Assembly: GCF_009914755.1 (NCBI RefSeq)
Contig: NC_060935.1
Source of the DNA: the human T2T-CHM13v2.0 reference genome, Homo sapiens
DNA: 64,000 nt
Direction: 5' to 3' (one strand)
The notes under the pieces are model-generated. The model was not told the DNA's origin. It was given only the letters and a program-made list of their open reading frames with translations, and searched no databases. Shown here one piece after another: positions 1-12,519 of the stretch; position 1 is the stretch's first letter; each line of letters starts with the position of its first letter. The position numbers and the translations under genes were made by a program.

Positions 1-1150
<1,150 letters not shown>

Positions 1151-1769
1151 AGATTTCACTAGCCCAAGAGCAGTTTCATATCAATTTTTTTTTTTTTTGA
1201 CTTGGAGCTATACTCTCCCCACAAAATAGGGTTGGGTTTAAATTTACTCTTTTTTTTTCTTTTTCCACTCCTAATAGAAACATGCATCCTTGTTGCTACC
1301 CTGGGCTGGTGAATAAAGTTTTTAAAAAGTCCTTTCACAAATGAGAATCCTTTTATGTTTTCAGTTTTATGCAACAGTCTCAGTTTCATTTCCCTTCCTT
1401 TGGTGATCCTAACGTCAAGTGTCCTGCCCTGAATGTCCATCAAAACCCTACACTCTCACCCTAAATGCCTTTATTGAGTCCCATACACCCCTGGGATACC
1501 ATAGTCAGTTCAGGATCTCACTGCTGTGGCCATCATTATACACAAACACAAACAAGTCCACGTGGCATCCCTCTAAATTAACCCAAAATCAAACTAGATC
1601 ATTTAACTAGCCTGCAAATGAGGCTTTAGAGTTTAATAAGTATGTGTGGTAACAACATGTATAAGATTTATTGTTAAGTGTTTCCTGCAAGAGATTTGGG
1701 GAAATCAACTAATTAAAATGTTAGTCAAAAGTCACCATATTATAATAGTTAATTAGCTAAACTACGCTG

Positions 1770-1950
1770 TAAGACAGACCACCACCATCATTATTGTGAC
1801 CTTGGAAAAGTTATGCTAACTTTATAAAATGGGGGTAATAACGGAAACTATGTAACAGTATTGATAATAGGAGCAAATGAGATAATACATATACACTATT
1901 TGGAGTAGTTCTGGCACATAGCCTGAGTGCAATAAAAATACTGCTTTTAT
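1770..1950 (+). mobile_element. MIR SINE
   Basis: gtgaccttggaaaagtta...taaaatgggggtaataa...ctggcacatag...caataaa matches the MIR core and tail. Confidence 0.75.
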
Positions 1951-3079
1951 TTTTATTCATATTCCAATCTTTAAGGAAGACAAAATCACAATAGTCTAGA
2001 CAGACAGTACATGCTCAATATTATGAAAAGAAGCCGAAAAGAATGATTTCTAAAAGCTCTTTATAATTCTGTTTAATCATCCTGTGAGGAAAGTCTACCT
2101 TCTTTCTGCTTCAGTGTTTTCTCCCCTTTTATGCCATTAGCAAAGAAAACAAATCAGTTGCAAACTTGTAAAAATATTTCATAAATTTAAAGTCTTCCAG
2201 GTTCCCATGTGTCTCTTTTCTGAGACAAATAAATATCTTCTTGAGCCTTATGAGTAGTTTTTTCTTTCTTTTTCTTTTCTAAGTTTTATTTATTTATTTA
2301 TTTATTTAGAGAATCTTTCCAGAGCCTCAAAAGAAGGCTTGCAGGACCTCTTGTAAGAACAAAAACTCAAATGGGTCCTAAACTTATATAGTAGATCTGA
2401 ATTAATATGCTGTGATTTACCACCCATGTGTTCATGTGTTCAAAATTAAATTTTCTTACAGCAGAAAAATAGACTGATAATGGCAGTAACTATCAAAAGG
2501 AACGTAGAGCTGGGAAGACATAGCTCCTCACGAGCAATGTAGAAAAATATCAAGCCAGCAGTCAAGAAGGAATATCTAATGGAACATTAGAACTTTGACT
2601 TGTGAGCACAAACAACAATGCATAAATAAGGCCATTTTTTTGAAACAGCTACACAGTGCTAAAGATGCCTAATTTAATAATTTAGTAACTGAGAATGCAA
2701 TTCAATATCTTTAAATTCACATGCTCTTCCAAAGCATGCAAAAAACACAGACATTTAAACACCACTCACCTAACCTGACTGCTTTGGAATGGGAACTTTC
2801 TTTTAAGTAAAATTCAGTTAGCCTGGTATTCTAGCTATCTCAACAACAGAATTATTTTCATAATTCATGGAGGTGAAGTGCTAGTTTTGGAAGCAATAGT
2901 CTTAGTTTTAATTTCATTTCCATCAGTTGTCACATCTCTGGGTATTGAACTACATAATCAATTCCTTATGAGCTCAAATAATGTATTAGTCCATGACATT
3001 TATGAGCAATAATTAATGAGTAATACAATAATCTCTTAAATCCGGTGGCCATTTTTGATGAAGTTGTATTTTTGCCATA

Positions 3080-3545
3080 CCATCCCTTTGGATCTTCACA
3101 AAATTATTTTCTGTTTCCCCAATGTGCTCTATAAATTTGTACCTTTGAACATGCTGTTTCTGCTGTCTGCAGCCCTATCCACCTTACTTTCTGCTCCTTG
3201 TCATTTTATATGTGACAAATCTTGACAAATTTTCTGAGATGTGGCTAAATAAATGTCTATGAAAATTTTTCCAGATAACCACCAGACAGAGCCAGTAACT
3301 CTCTTCTATGTCCCTTATTGTACTTTGTACATAACTCAGATTTAGTTCTTATTATATTTACTTGTAATTACTTTGAGCTTATGTTTCCCTCCGAACGCCT
3401 ATGAAACACTCAAGAAAAGTAACATACCTTATTTATTTTCGTATCCTCGGAGACCTACATAGTCCTCCACACGTGGTAGGTAATAATAACTATCTTTTGA
3501 ATAATTTAATAGTTGTTTGCTTAATGAATGAACAAATGAATGAAG
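3080..3545 (+). mobile_element. L2 LINE 3' region
   Basis: acctttgaacatgctgtttc... and terminal aatgaatgaacaaatgaatgaa typical of the L2 3' end. Confidence 0.6.
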
Positions 3546-4249
3546 CATATCACTTGAATACAACAGCTTCACACTCCTATGAGAAGAAAGGAAGGCACTA
3601 TACAGAGACCTATCTAGCATTTGTTATTACCCTCTATTTGCATTTTTACCTTATACTCATCTTCATACCATAAGAGACAAGTCATTGTAACAAGTGTTCA
3701 AAGTGCTTCAGAAAACACCATTTCTAAAGGTAAATCACTGACACTTATTGATACATGGACCTATAAGCTGTCACATTTTTTTTACTTTGTAATTCCTACT
3801 CTTTCACAGTAACAAGTGATCTTTTGCAAAATACAATAAATAAAACCAATTTATACAGTAATAAATAAAATCCCTTTTTATTTCCTTAAAAATGAGATCC
3901 ACTAATGAAAACATACAAATCATTTCATTTTCCATCCTGCCACCTACATAAAACAGAAAGAGCAGCTGCTGAAATCTTCAATGCCAATATCAATTACAGA
4001 TAGTGTTGCTGAAAATATTCCTGATATTAACTGCAACCTCTCTCCAGCTTAAAAAATATACAAAGTTTTAAAAAAGGTGTAATAGCATCATCTTGTTATA
4101 TACTTCATGGCTAACTAGATAGAAAAGGGGAGACTGAATTGTTAGTTGTATTCTATATGTCAGCTATTTTTATGTTAAGCATCTTTATATGAAGTTAAAA
4201 GTGCCTTGACTTTAAGATGCACAAAGTATTTTGTCCACTAAAGTATTTA

Positions 4250-4642
4250 ACATGCATTTCCTTAGTATTGGTCTAACATCAGCCATTTTTAAAATGTTTA
4301 CATACTATCTTTATTGTTGTTTACTTATGTTATTTTAAAATTTAATTTGACTCACTTTTTATTTAAATAAATTTATTTTAAAAGGGAACTTATTGCCATC
4401 CGAATAAACACAAGGGTTTGTTTTCATAAATAAATAACCATATAAATAACACAATAAAAATAAAATACTAATCACATTAAGAAGTAAAATAAAAACAAGT
4501 AATTTTAAAGTCTAATTGAAAAGATGATGGTTGATACTGAAGTTACAATTTTTAAGTAATTACATTAAAATTAAAGTATAAGTATGTTTTTAAAGATGTT
4601 TTCCATCTACCATCTTATGTATATCATACTTCAAGAAATACT
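4250..4642. mobile_element. hAT-Charlie DNA transposon remnant (Charlie4a-like)
   Basis: aaataaatttattttaaaagggaactt...cataaataaataaccatataaataacacaataaaaataaaa resembles Charlie4a; degenerate terminus catacttcaagaaatact. Confidence 0.45.
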
Positions 4643-4649
4643 CTCAACT

Positions 4650-4860
4650 AATTTAATCCTCACAAAAAATACCTGAGTCAGATAATATCAAATTCCTTTC
4701 ACAAATTTAGGAAACTAAATTTCAGAGGAATTGATTAACTTATTCAAGGTCATTTGCCTAGAGGAATTAAGCTTTGAATCCTGGTTTGCTTCTCACTTGC
4801 TTCCAGATTTTCAAACCCTGTCTGACTCTCAACATCCTTATCTTTAAGCCATGGCGTAAC
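4650..4860 (-). mobile_element. MIR SINE
   Basis: tttaatcctcacaa...ggaaactaaatttcagag...aacttattcaaggtca. Confidence 0.7.
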
Positions 4861-4869
4861 AGTACAAGA

Positions 4870-5535
4870 AATGTCATGTGGTAGCTTATGACAAAAAAAA
4901 TAAATAAAAGCAGCAAGTTCTATGAGTTCAGAGAACATTAGCCCATGAGTTGGATTGGTGAAGACAGGCTTACTGTGAGAAAGAAAATTTGATTTAGTAC
5001 TTAGAAAACAGATCAGAACAAGAAGTACTTTTTTTTTTTTTTTTCCAGAAGAAACAGCAGGAGCAAAAGCAAGAAGGTTGGAAAACATGAGATGTGTTTG
5101 AGGAGAAAAATAAGGCAGAAAACACTGTACCCATAATTAGACAATGTCAATAAATGTTTAATCATGACAAACATGGTCAGATTTAGAGATCAGGGAGAAT
5201 GATGAAGGTGGTAGAAATAATGGGGGCCTTAATTAGGGGGATGATGGTAGAAATAAAGGCAAAGACCAATAAAAGAAACATTATTTCTTAATGTCCTAGA
5301 CTGAGTTCAAATCCCTGGCCCATTCTCTTAGTAAAATACACTCCTTTTCACAATGTTTATCATGTTGACAATAATCTATTTAATACATCTATTTTTCATG
5401 GTTTCCTTGTAGGGCATTCCATGAAAGCAGAGGCCATGCCTGTTTATTCATCATTGTAGCCTCCGTGCCTAACAACATGCCTGGTGCATAATAAGTGTTC
5501 CAAAAAAAAAAAAGAGTTATTTAATTCATGCTTGA
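4870..5535. mobile_element. Two L2 fragments in opposite orientation (minus ~4870-5290, plus ~5330-5535)
   Basis: ccatgaaagcagaggccatgcctgtttattcatcattgtagcctccgtgcctaacaacatgcctggtgcata is an L2 3' end. Confidence 0.6.
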
Positions 5536-5570
5536 AAGAAGAAATAACATAGGGAACAGAATGTGTATAA

Positions 5571-5672
5571 CTGATCTGTAATCCAAACCTCAGCATCACG
5601 CAATATACCCATGTAACAAACCTGCACATGTACCCTTTAATCTAAATAAAATTTGAAATTATTTTTTAAAAA
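5571..5672 (+). mobile_element. L1PB-like 3' end (about 100 bp, 5'-truncated)
   Basis: ccaaacctcagcatcacgcaatatacccatgtaacaaacctgcacatgtaccc...aataaaa. Confidence 0.85.
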
Positions 5673-6734
5673 TCTGTAAAATTTGACTGCTGCTTTATAG
5701 GCTGAGAAAAAAAAGTCAAGCAGCTAAAGAGTTGAGCCCAGGGGACTTCAAGTTATCTGTAAGACGAAGGAAAAATTTTCATTTGCATGGCCTCTTCTTT
5801 CATTATAAATGTTTGTATTTCTTCCCTTGTCTCTTCAATCCTTTTACCTTCTAATATTATAGGCTGCATCTAAACTTTCGTTAAATTAATGTCTTAGAAA
5901 TTTAATTATCTCATTAAATTTCTCATGGTCCACAATTTCCATTTAAGGCTTCTATATTTTCTTTGTAAACTCTTCTAAAGCAGATAATTATTTTTTCTTG
6001 TTTTTGAAATGGAGAAGTGTTGTCAATTATTTTATTTTTTCTAATTCATTGTTTGCCCTTGGGAGCTTATGCTGTGCCTAGGGGGACATCCACATTCATG
6101 TAAAAAATGAAAGCGTTCATGATATGCTAAGTTTTAGATATATTCAGATTTTAATGCCCCTGGAAAACTCGGGAGTATATATGTCTAATAAGCAATGTGA
6201 TAAAGTAATCCCTCCTCCACTTATTTATTTATTCAACAAATCCTAATTTGAATGTTACGATGCACCAACCTGTTTATAAGCAATGGGGTCGTAACAATGA
6301 ACAAAACAGACAACAATCCCTACCTCATGGAGCTTACATTGTATTGCAGAAAAGAGATAGTACAAAAGATAAATAGAAAAATGTAGTCTCTTCAATAGTG
6401 ATACAAGCTAAAGAGAAAAATAAAGCAGATAAATGGAATAAAAGGTGTTGGGAATGGTTAAATTTTTCTGATAAGTTGATTAAGGTAAAGCTCAGTAAGA
6501 TTAAGGAAGTGACAGCAAGCCAGGAAGATATCTGGGGAAAGAGTATGTGAAGGCCTTAAGAAGGGACTGTTTGAACTCACAGATCTATCACATTCTAGAT
6601 ATGGTTTTTTGAAAAAGTAGATGAATCTAGATGAATGAATAGAGGTATATTCATGTGAAATATGGTGAATGGTCATTTTCATCTTCAAGTAAAATTGTAA
6701 TTGTTCCTGTATTAAATAAACTGAAAGGTTAACA

Positions 6735-6825
6735 AAAAAAAAAAGAAGGAAGAAGGAGGAGGAGGAGATGAGGAAGAGGAGGAGGAGAAAAGGAAGAGGA
6801 AGAGGAGGAGGAGGACGACGATGAA
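6735..6825 (+). repeat. (GGA/GAA)n purine-rich simple repeat
   Basis: agaaggaagaaggaggaggaggagatgaggaagaggaggagg... Confidence 0.9.
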
Positions 6826-7397
6826 GACTAGGGCTACCATTTGACAACAGTAAGGAGAACAGCATGGCTAAAACAGAATGAGGAGGAAAATGGTACAAAA
6901 TAAGATTGGAGAGCTAGACAGGTAGGTGAAGGAAGAAGTGTGGAAAGCAGATCTTGTAAGCCTCATAAGCTACTGTGGGCAATCTGGCTTTTGCTATGAA
7001 TGAGACAGGAAGCAATCTAAGAGCAATACCATGATATGACTAATGTTTTAATAGGATTACTCCTGCTGTCTTAAAAATTTTGACTCTAGGGGATCAAGGC
7101 TTGGAGCAGGGAGAACAGTTAAGAATTATTACAGTTATCAAATTCAAAAGGAATAGTAACTTGGAAAAACTAATTAATATGAAAATTTTTAAAAAGTGGT
7201 TGGGTTCTGGACATAGTTTGAAGGTAGATCCAACAGATTGTATGCTACACTGAATGTAGCCTGTGAGAAAAAGAGGAGTGGCACAGATGACTCCAAACAT
7301 TTTGACCTGATAAACCAGAAAGGTCATCTCATCACCAGCTCAAAGGAAAGCTGTGGATGGAGCAGGTTTTGTAAGAAACATAAGAAGTTAGGTTCTG

Positions 7398-7518
7398 ACA
7401 ACCTGGTATGGTGGTGTGCACCTGTAATTCCAGCTACTCAGGTTGGGGCATGAGCTCAGGAGTTTGAGTTCAGCCTCTACAATGTAGCAAGACCCCATCT
7501 CCAAATAAATAAATAAAA
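7398..7518 (+). mobile_element. FLAM-like free Alu monomer
   Basis: ggtggtgtgcacctgtaattccagctactca...ctcaggagtttgagttcagcc...gcaagaccccatctc plus (AAAT)n tail. Confidence 0.8.
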
Positions 7519-7534
7519 GTTTAAAAAAGAATTA

Positions 7535-7713
7535 CAAATGGATCGTATACTCAGAAAAATATATTTAAAAAATACAGAAAAGATAAATATTTAAGATTAT
7601 AGGTATTCCAATCACCCTGATTTGATTATATGAACGTATCAGATTATCACACGTACCCCAAAAATATGTATATCTACTATGTATAAATTTTCAAAAAAAA
7701 ATAAATTTAAAAA
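7535..7713 (+). mobile_element. L1MA-type 3' end
   Basis: agataaatatttaagattataggtattccaatcaccctgatttgattat...gtaccccaaaaatatgtatatctactatgta plus A tail. Confidence 0.75.
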
Positions 7714-8209
7714 AAGAAGTTAGGTTCTGGACATGTTAACTTGGAGATATCTTTTAGACATCTGACTGAAGACATCAAGTAAGCCACTGGATATATAAGT
7801 CCAGAGTTTGAGGAAGATATCAAAATAGAAATGGTATGTAAAGCCTTGATCACTGGCTGAAGTAGAGAAAAAGCTTAAAGATCAAGTCCTTGAGCATTTC
7901 ATTGTTTACAATTATCTATTTAATACATGATTTTCTTACTGAACTGTAAATCCTATGAAATCAATATACTGAAAGAGGGATAAGAAAGTTGAGGTTCTAT
8001 GTAATGGAACTGGTTATAAAGAATTTTCCTAGAGTTTAAGCTTGGTAGAAAAGGTAGTAAGGCTAGAAGAGAAATGGGAACCAGATAAAAGATGATAGGA
8101 TCAATAATTATAAGACCAGGTAAGGCCCAAAAGTTTGTTGGAGTTAAGGTTCCAACAAGTATTTCAGGTTTATATTGTAGATATTTTGCTTCGTGTGGTT
8201 AAGATGACT

Positions 8210-8440
8210 ACCAAATCTAACATTTATCAAGTTTTAAAATATGAATCAAGTACTTAACTACTTATCTTATTTAATTTTCAAAGAATTCAGTGTGGTAACT
8301 CCTATTTTTGTTCCCATTTTACACGTAAGTAAACTAAAAGAAATGAAGTACCTTGTTGGGGGTTGACACTCAACCAACAATGGCACATTCCGCATGCAAG
8401 CCAAAATCTAACTCAGAATCTCTGCTCTTAACCACAAGTA
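8210..8440 (-). mobile_element. MIR SINE
   Basis: cccattttacacgtaagtaaactaaa...ctgctcttaaccac. Confidence 0.7.
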
Positions 8441-8984
8441 GGGGCAGAATGCCTATCATATGGTCTCTGTTTTCCTTGGAGGAGGGTCTGTAGCCTCTGT
8501 GAACCTGTTAGCTATGTTGAGGATCAGAAGCCGTTCTTCTTATTTTCTGTACTCATTTCCTTTGTTGTTTTCTTTGGTATTTGGTGCAGTCTTTGCAAAA
8601 TTCTATTCTGCCACAGAGGAGTTGAAGAAAGTCAAATAAAGGCTTTATTCATGACAGGCTAGATCATATAAGGAGATAGTTCTACCTGAGGTTGCCTCAG
8701 GGAAAAAATAATTCAGGAGGACTGAGTTAGGGTACTTTTATCCAGTGTCCCATCTGCACAGTCTCATAAAAAGATGACTAAAGAAGATAATTAGCCAATT
8801 AGCAGTATGAATTGAAAAGCTGAATCTCCAGAGGAAGATGATAAGGTACAAAGGAAGGAGGAAGAAGAAGGCAAAAATTTAGGAGCTATTCTCATGGAAG
8901 GAATGACTGTCCTCTGAGAAGAAATAGATATATTCTTACTACCCATGGAACTCAGGAAATTGTCTAGCCTCTGATACTTTCAAA

Positions 8985-9620
8985 AATGTAAATGTAGAAT
9001 AGAACAATCGCTTTGGGAATGTTAAATACTGCAACCACTTCAGAAATGTTTGGGAGTTTCTGAAAAAGCTAAACATATGCCTAAAATATGAGCCAGCAAG
9101 TCCACTCCAAAGCATTTAAGCAAGAGAAATAAAAGCATATGTTCATTCAAAATTATACCCAAATTTTATAATAGCTGTATTTTCAATATCCCAAAACTGG
9201 AATAAAAAACCAATGTTCCTTAAGAGGGAATAAATATATTGTATTGTATTTATAAAATGAAATACTGCTCAGCAATAAAAAGAACCATATTATTTACATG
9301 AGCAAAAGCATGGACAAATCTCCAAATAATCCAGCTGAGAAAATAAGCCAAATAAAAAAGCACATTTTGCATGATTCCATTTATATAAAGTACTGGAAGA
9401 TGCAAACAAATTTATAGTGACAGAAAGCTTATAAGTGGTTGATCAATGATAGGATGAGAGAAGGAAGGCTTTACACAAGAGCAAAAGGGAACTTTAGGGG
9501 ATGATGGATGTATTCATTCTCTTGTTTGTGGTGATGATTTTACAGGTGTAGATATATGTCAAGATCTATCAGATTGCACTTGAAATATGTGCAATTTTAT
9601 GCCAATTATTCTTCAATAAG
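8985..9620 (+). mobile_element. L1MC/L1MD-type ORF2 end and 3' UTR
   Basis: gaaatactgctcagcaataaaaagaa...gcatgattccatttatataaa...tatagtgacagaaagc...gtggtgatgattttacaggtgta. Confidence 0.85.
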
Positions 9621-11009
9621 GACACTTAGCATCTAAAACTTGAAAACGTTTTGCTTTCTTAAAAAGGTGGAATAAAAAATGACTTCATAATAAAGAAATA
9701 TAAAATAATAAAGAAAACAGGGGGAAACTAAAATAATTTGTCAAACATTTCTATTTCCTTTTTTATTCTATTTCAGCCTAACTTCTGTTCTTCTATTCCT
9801 CACCTACAGCAATTTTCCTAATGAAATTTCACACCTGTCCATTTCTGACACCATTTAACGTTTAGTAATAATGCAAGTGTTAACAATGTATTTTGGGTAT
9901 ATGTTTCTGTGTGGCCTGCATTGCAAGTAGATTCATAAAGAATTTCAGAAATCCCAATTCTATTTTTCTTTTCCATTTTATTCAGTTTGGTTTTGGTGTA
10001 GAAAAAGACTTAAGCAGTGTACCTAATTTTAATTTCCAAAATTGATTTTCTACTCTATTTTCTGCTGCTTGCTTAGGAAACAAAATTTACCAAGTCTATC
10101 TCCTAAATGATTAACCTCAGCAACCTTTGGCAAGCAAACTATTCTAAGAGACCCTGGGACTGTGTTATGCTCCCTCTCTTTGCCCAAATGCATTTTTAAA
10201 AAAAGTTAGAAATCAAAGGAAAAATGTGGAAGTGAAAAAGAAGCCAAGTGGTTAAAAAAAAATAGAAAGAAAGTATCACTAAGGATCATACATACAACAC
10301 ATACTAGACTTTTATTCTACTTTTCATTGGGCATTTAAAAAGGCATAGCCGCTATTTGAAAATATATTCAAGGGCTTAACAGCAAATCCAAATTAGGACT
10401 CCACATCCAGGAACATTTGGGAATTCAACTGTATCATCTAAGAAAGTCTTTTCTGATGGGGAAGGGCTGCTTCAGATTCAGGAATACAGGCCAAAAAGAT
10501 CAATTTGTTTCCTGTCGGCACAGCTCAAATTGCATTCTTGACTTCACAGCACTGAGATCTTTCCAGCACATCCATTAAAGGAATTTGGCTCACATTAAGG
10601 TTGTGTGTAAGACCTAACATCCATGAAAATGAGCATAACCCTCATCAAGCAAGTATGGAACACTGGATTCTGAGCAGGAGGGCCTTCATGTCGCTTTGCA
10701 TGAAAAGCCTGTTGACAATCTTATGGTGACTATATTCAGGCATTTTGATAAGGCAACTTACATTCCCTCAGCTCATTCACTGAAGCTGCATGGACCAAAT
10801 TTTTAATAAATGTATTTAGAAGCATGGATAAGTAGTTACCCATGATATGAATCATGACAAGTAGCTATGCAAGGAAGTAATGCCTTAGAATCAGATACGT
10901 TTGGCCCAGACATATGGTGGAAGAATGCCCTAGTTTTCACCCTAAATAGACTTGTGTTTCTTTTTCTACAAATGTTCTAGGAGCCTATCTCATATAATTC
11001 CCATAATGA

Positions 11010-11140
11010 TGATAAATAACATTAATTAATTATTTGATATGTGCAAGGCATTGTGCTAAGTGCTTTACAGGAAGTTCATACCTCATCACAACTTTGTGAA
11101 GTCATGAACTAACTTTATCCTTTTGCTACAGATCTCCTAA
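11010..11140 (-). mobile_element. MIR fragment
   Basis: atgtgcaaggcattgtgctaagtgctttaca...cctcatcacaac. Confidence 0.65.
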
Positions 11141-11495
11141 CTGGTCACTGCTTTGGTCCTTGGGCTTTAAAAACACCACATACATTATCTTCTCAGGTCT
11201 CATTCTTTGCTCTAACCTATTCCTGAAATTCTCTTTCCCAAATATTCATATGGTCACTCCTTCAAGTCTTCACTAAAGTGACACATTTTCAATGAATCTG
11301 TTCCTTTGGATGTGCTCTTATTTTTAAACATTGCACTTATCAGCTTCTAACAGCGTATTTCACTTATTTATTTTGTTTCTTCTCTTCCCATCCTCACTAG
11401 AATGCAAGTTCTGTGAAGGGAGAAATTTTAGCCTTTTTTGCTCATTAGATAGAAGGATGCTTGATGTATTGTAGATGCTCATCAAATATTTGGAA
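11140..11495 (+). mobile_element. L2 3' region
   Basis: cactagaatgcaagttctgtgaagggag...tagatgctcatcaaatattt. Confidence 0.75.
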
Positions 11496-11824
11496 GTGGT
11501 AAAAGGAAGTGATGTGGTTTTAAGTAACAACCACTTGTTATAAGTTAGTATTTAAAAAAAAGGTACAGCAACATTTTAAAATAAATTATTGTTTTTAGTT
11601 TAAGGTTAGCCAAGAGTTATGCTAATAAGCCATATTCAGACAATTTTATCCAAACTTACTTTGCAAAACAACAGGTTAAGCAATTTAACTAAGTGGGCAA
11701 TAATTCTGAGTTTATTAACAGGTATTAGGTACAAAAACCATATGTGACCTCCTAAAGTTTCTAATCTTGTTGAGAACAGAAAACATAAAACCTGAAATAA
11801 TTCAAAGACAATATATCAAATAGT

Positions 11825-12075
11825 TATCATTTATTCATTCATATAAAAAGTACTATCTCCATATGCAAGGAATTCTGGGCTAGATGCAGGAGGTGTAGAA
11901 ATGAATAAGACATAGTTCCTGACTTCAGGGAGTTGACAGTCTGGTAAGAGATTGGATATACTACAAAATAAAACTTGTTTAGTGGAATAACAACTCGATA
12001 AATGGAATAAAATGTGCTAAAATTCAGTAAAAATACAAAATGTTTTGAGAATTCATAGAGGGAGAAATTACAAAG
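11825..12075 (-). mobile_element. L2 3' region
   Basis: catttattcattc...atgaataagacatagttcctgacttcagggagttgacagtctgg. Confidence 0.75.
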
Positions 12076-12519
12076 ACAGTATATTACAAAGTGCTAAACT
12101 AAATATAATCAAATGCCAAACTGTATGGCAGAGACACTAAAATGCTATTGCCTGTTACTCCTGCAATTGAAATACACCAGGGATTTTAGTAAGCTTTCAT
12201 GCAGAAAATAACATATGCCAAGACTCATATTTCTCTTATTTCCCTGTGAAAAGGCATTGAACATTAAACAGAGTGCGACCCTGAATGATGTTTCCAGCTG
12301 TTTCTGAGAGCAATTTCATAACCTCAGTTTTATTCTTCTCTCTCACGTTTTTTCAAACGAACTAAAGAGAAAGCCTATTGTTAATTTTCCAAAGTTATAT
12401 TTATAATTAAATTCGTGCAAAATTGATTAAATACAACAAATCTCATAAATACCAATTTTTACATTGCATGTAAACTATTATCTTCTAAAAATGAAGCAAT
12501 ACATAGAATACATCTATAT

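Larger units (their letters stand above)
6220..8160 (-). mobile_element. Long L2 (L2a-like), interrupted by a GGA repeat and a FLAM/L1 insert
   Basis: tttattcaacaaa...atgaacaaaacagacaacaatccctacctcatggagcttacatt; ttctggacatgttaacttggagatatcttttagacatc. Confidence 0.8.

Noticed and set aside
3700-3960. Possible minus-strand terminal exon (tctttctgttttatgtag|GTGGCAGGATGG...)
   Set aside because: Acceptor-like only; no recognisable peptide or linked upstream exon
6458-6898. 146-aa minus-strand ORF
   Set aside because: Lies in an L2 and a GGA repeat; low complexity, no recognisable domain
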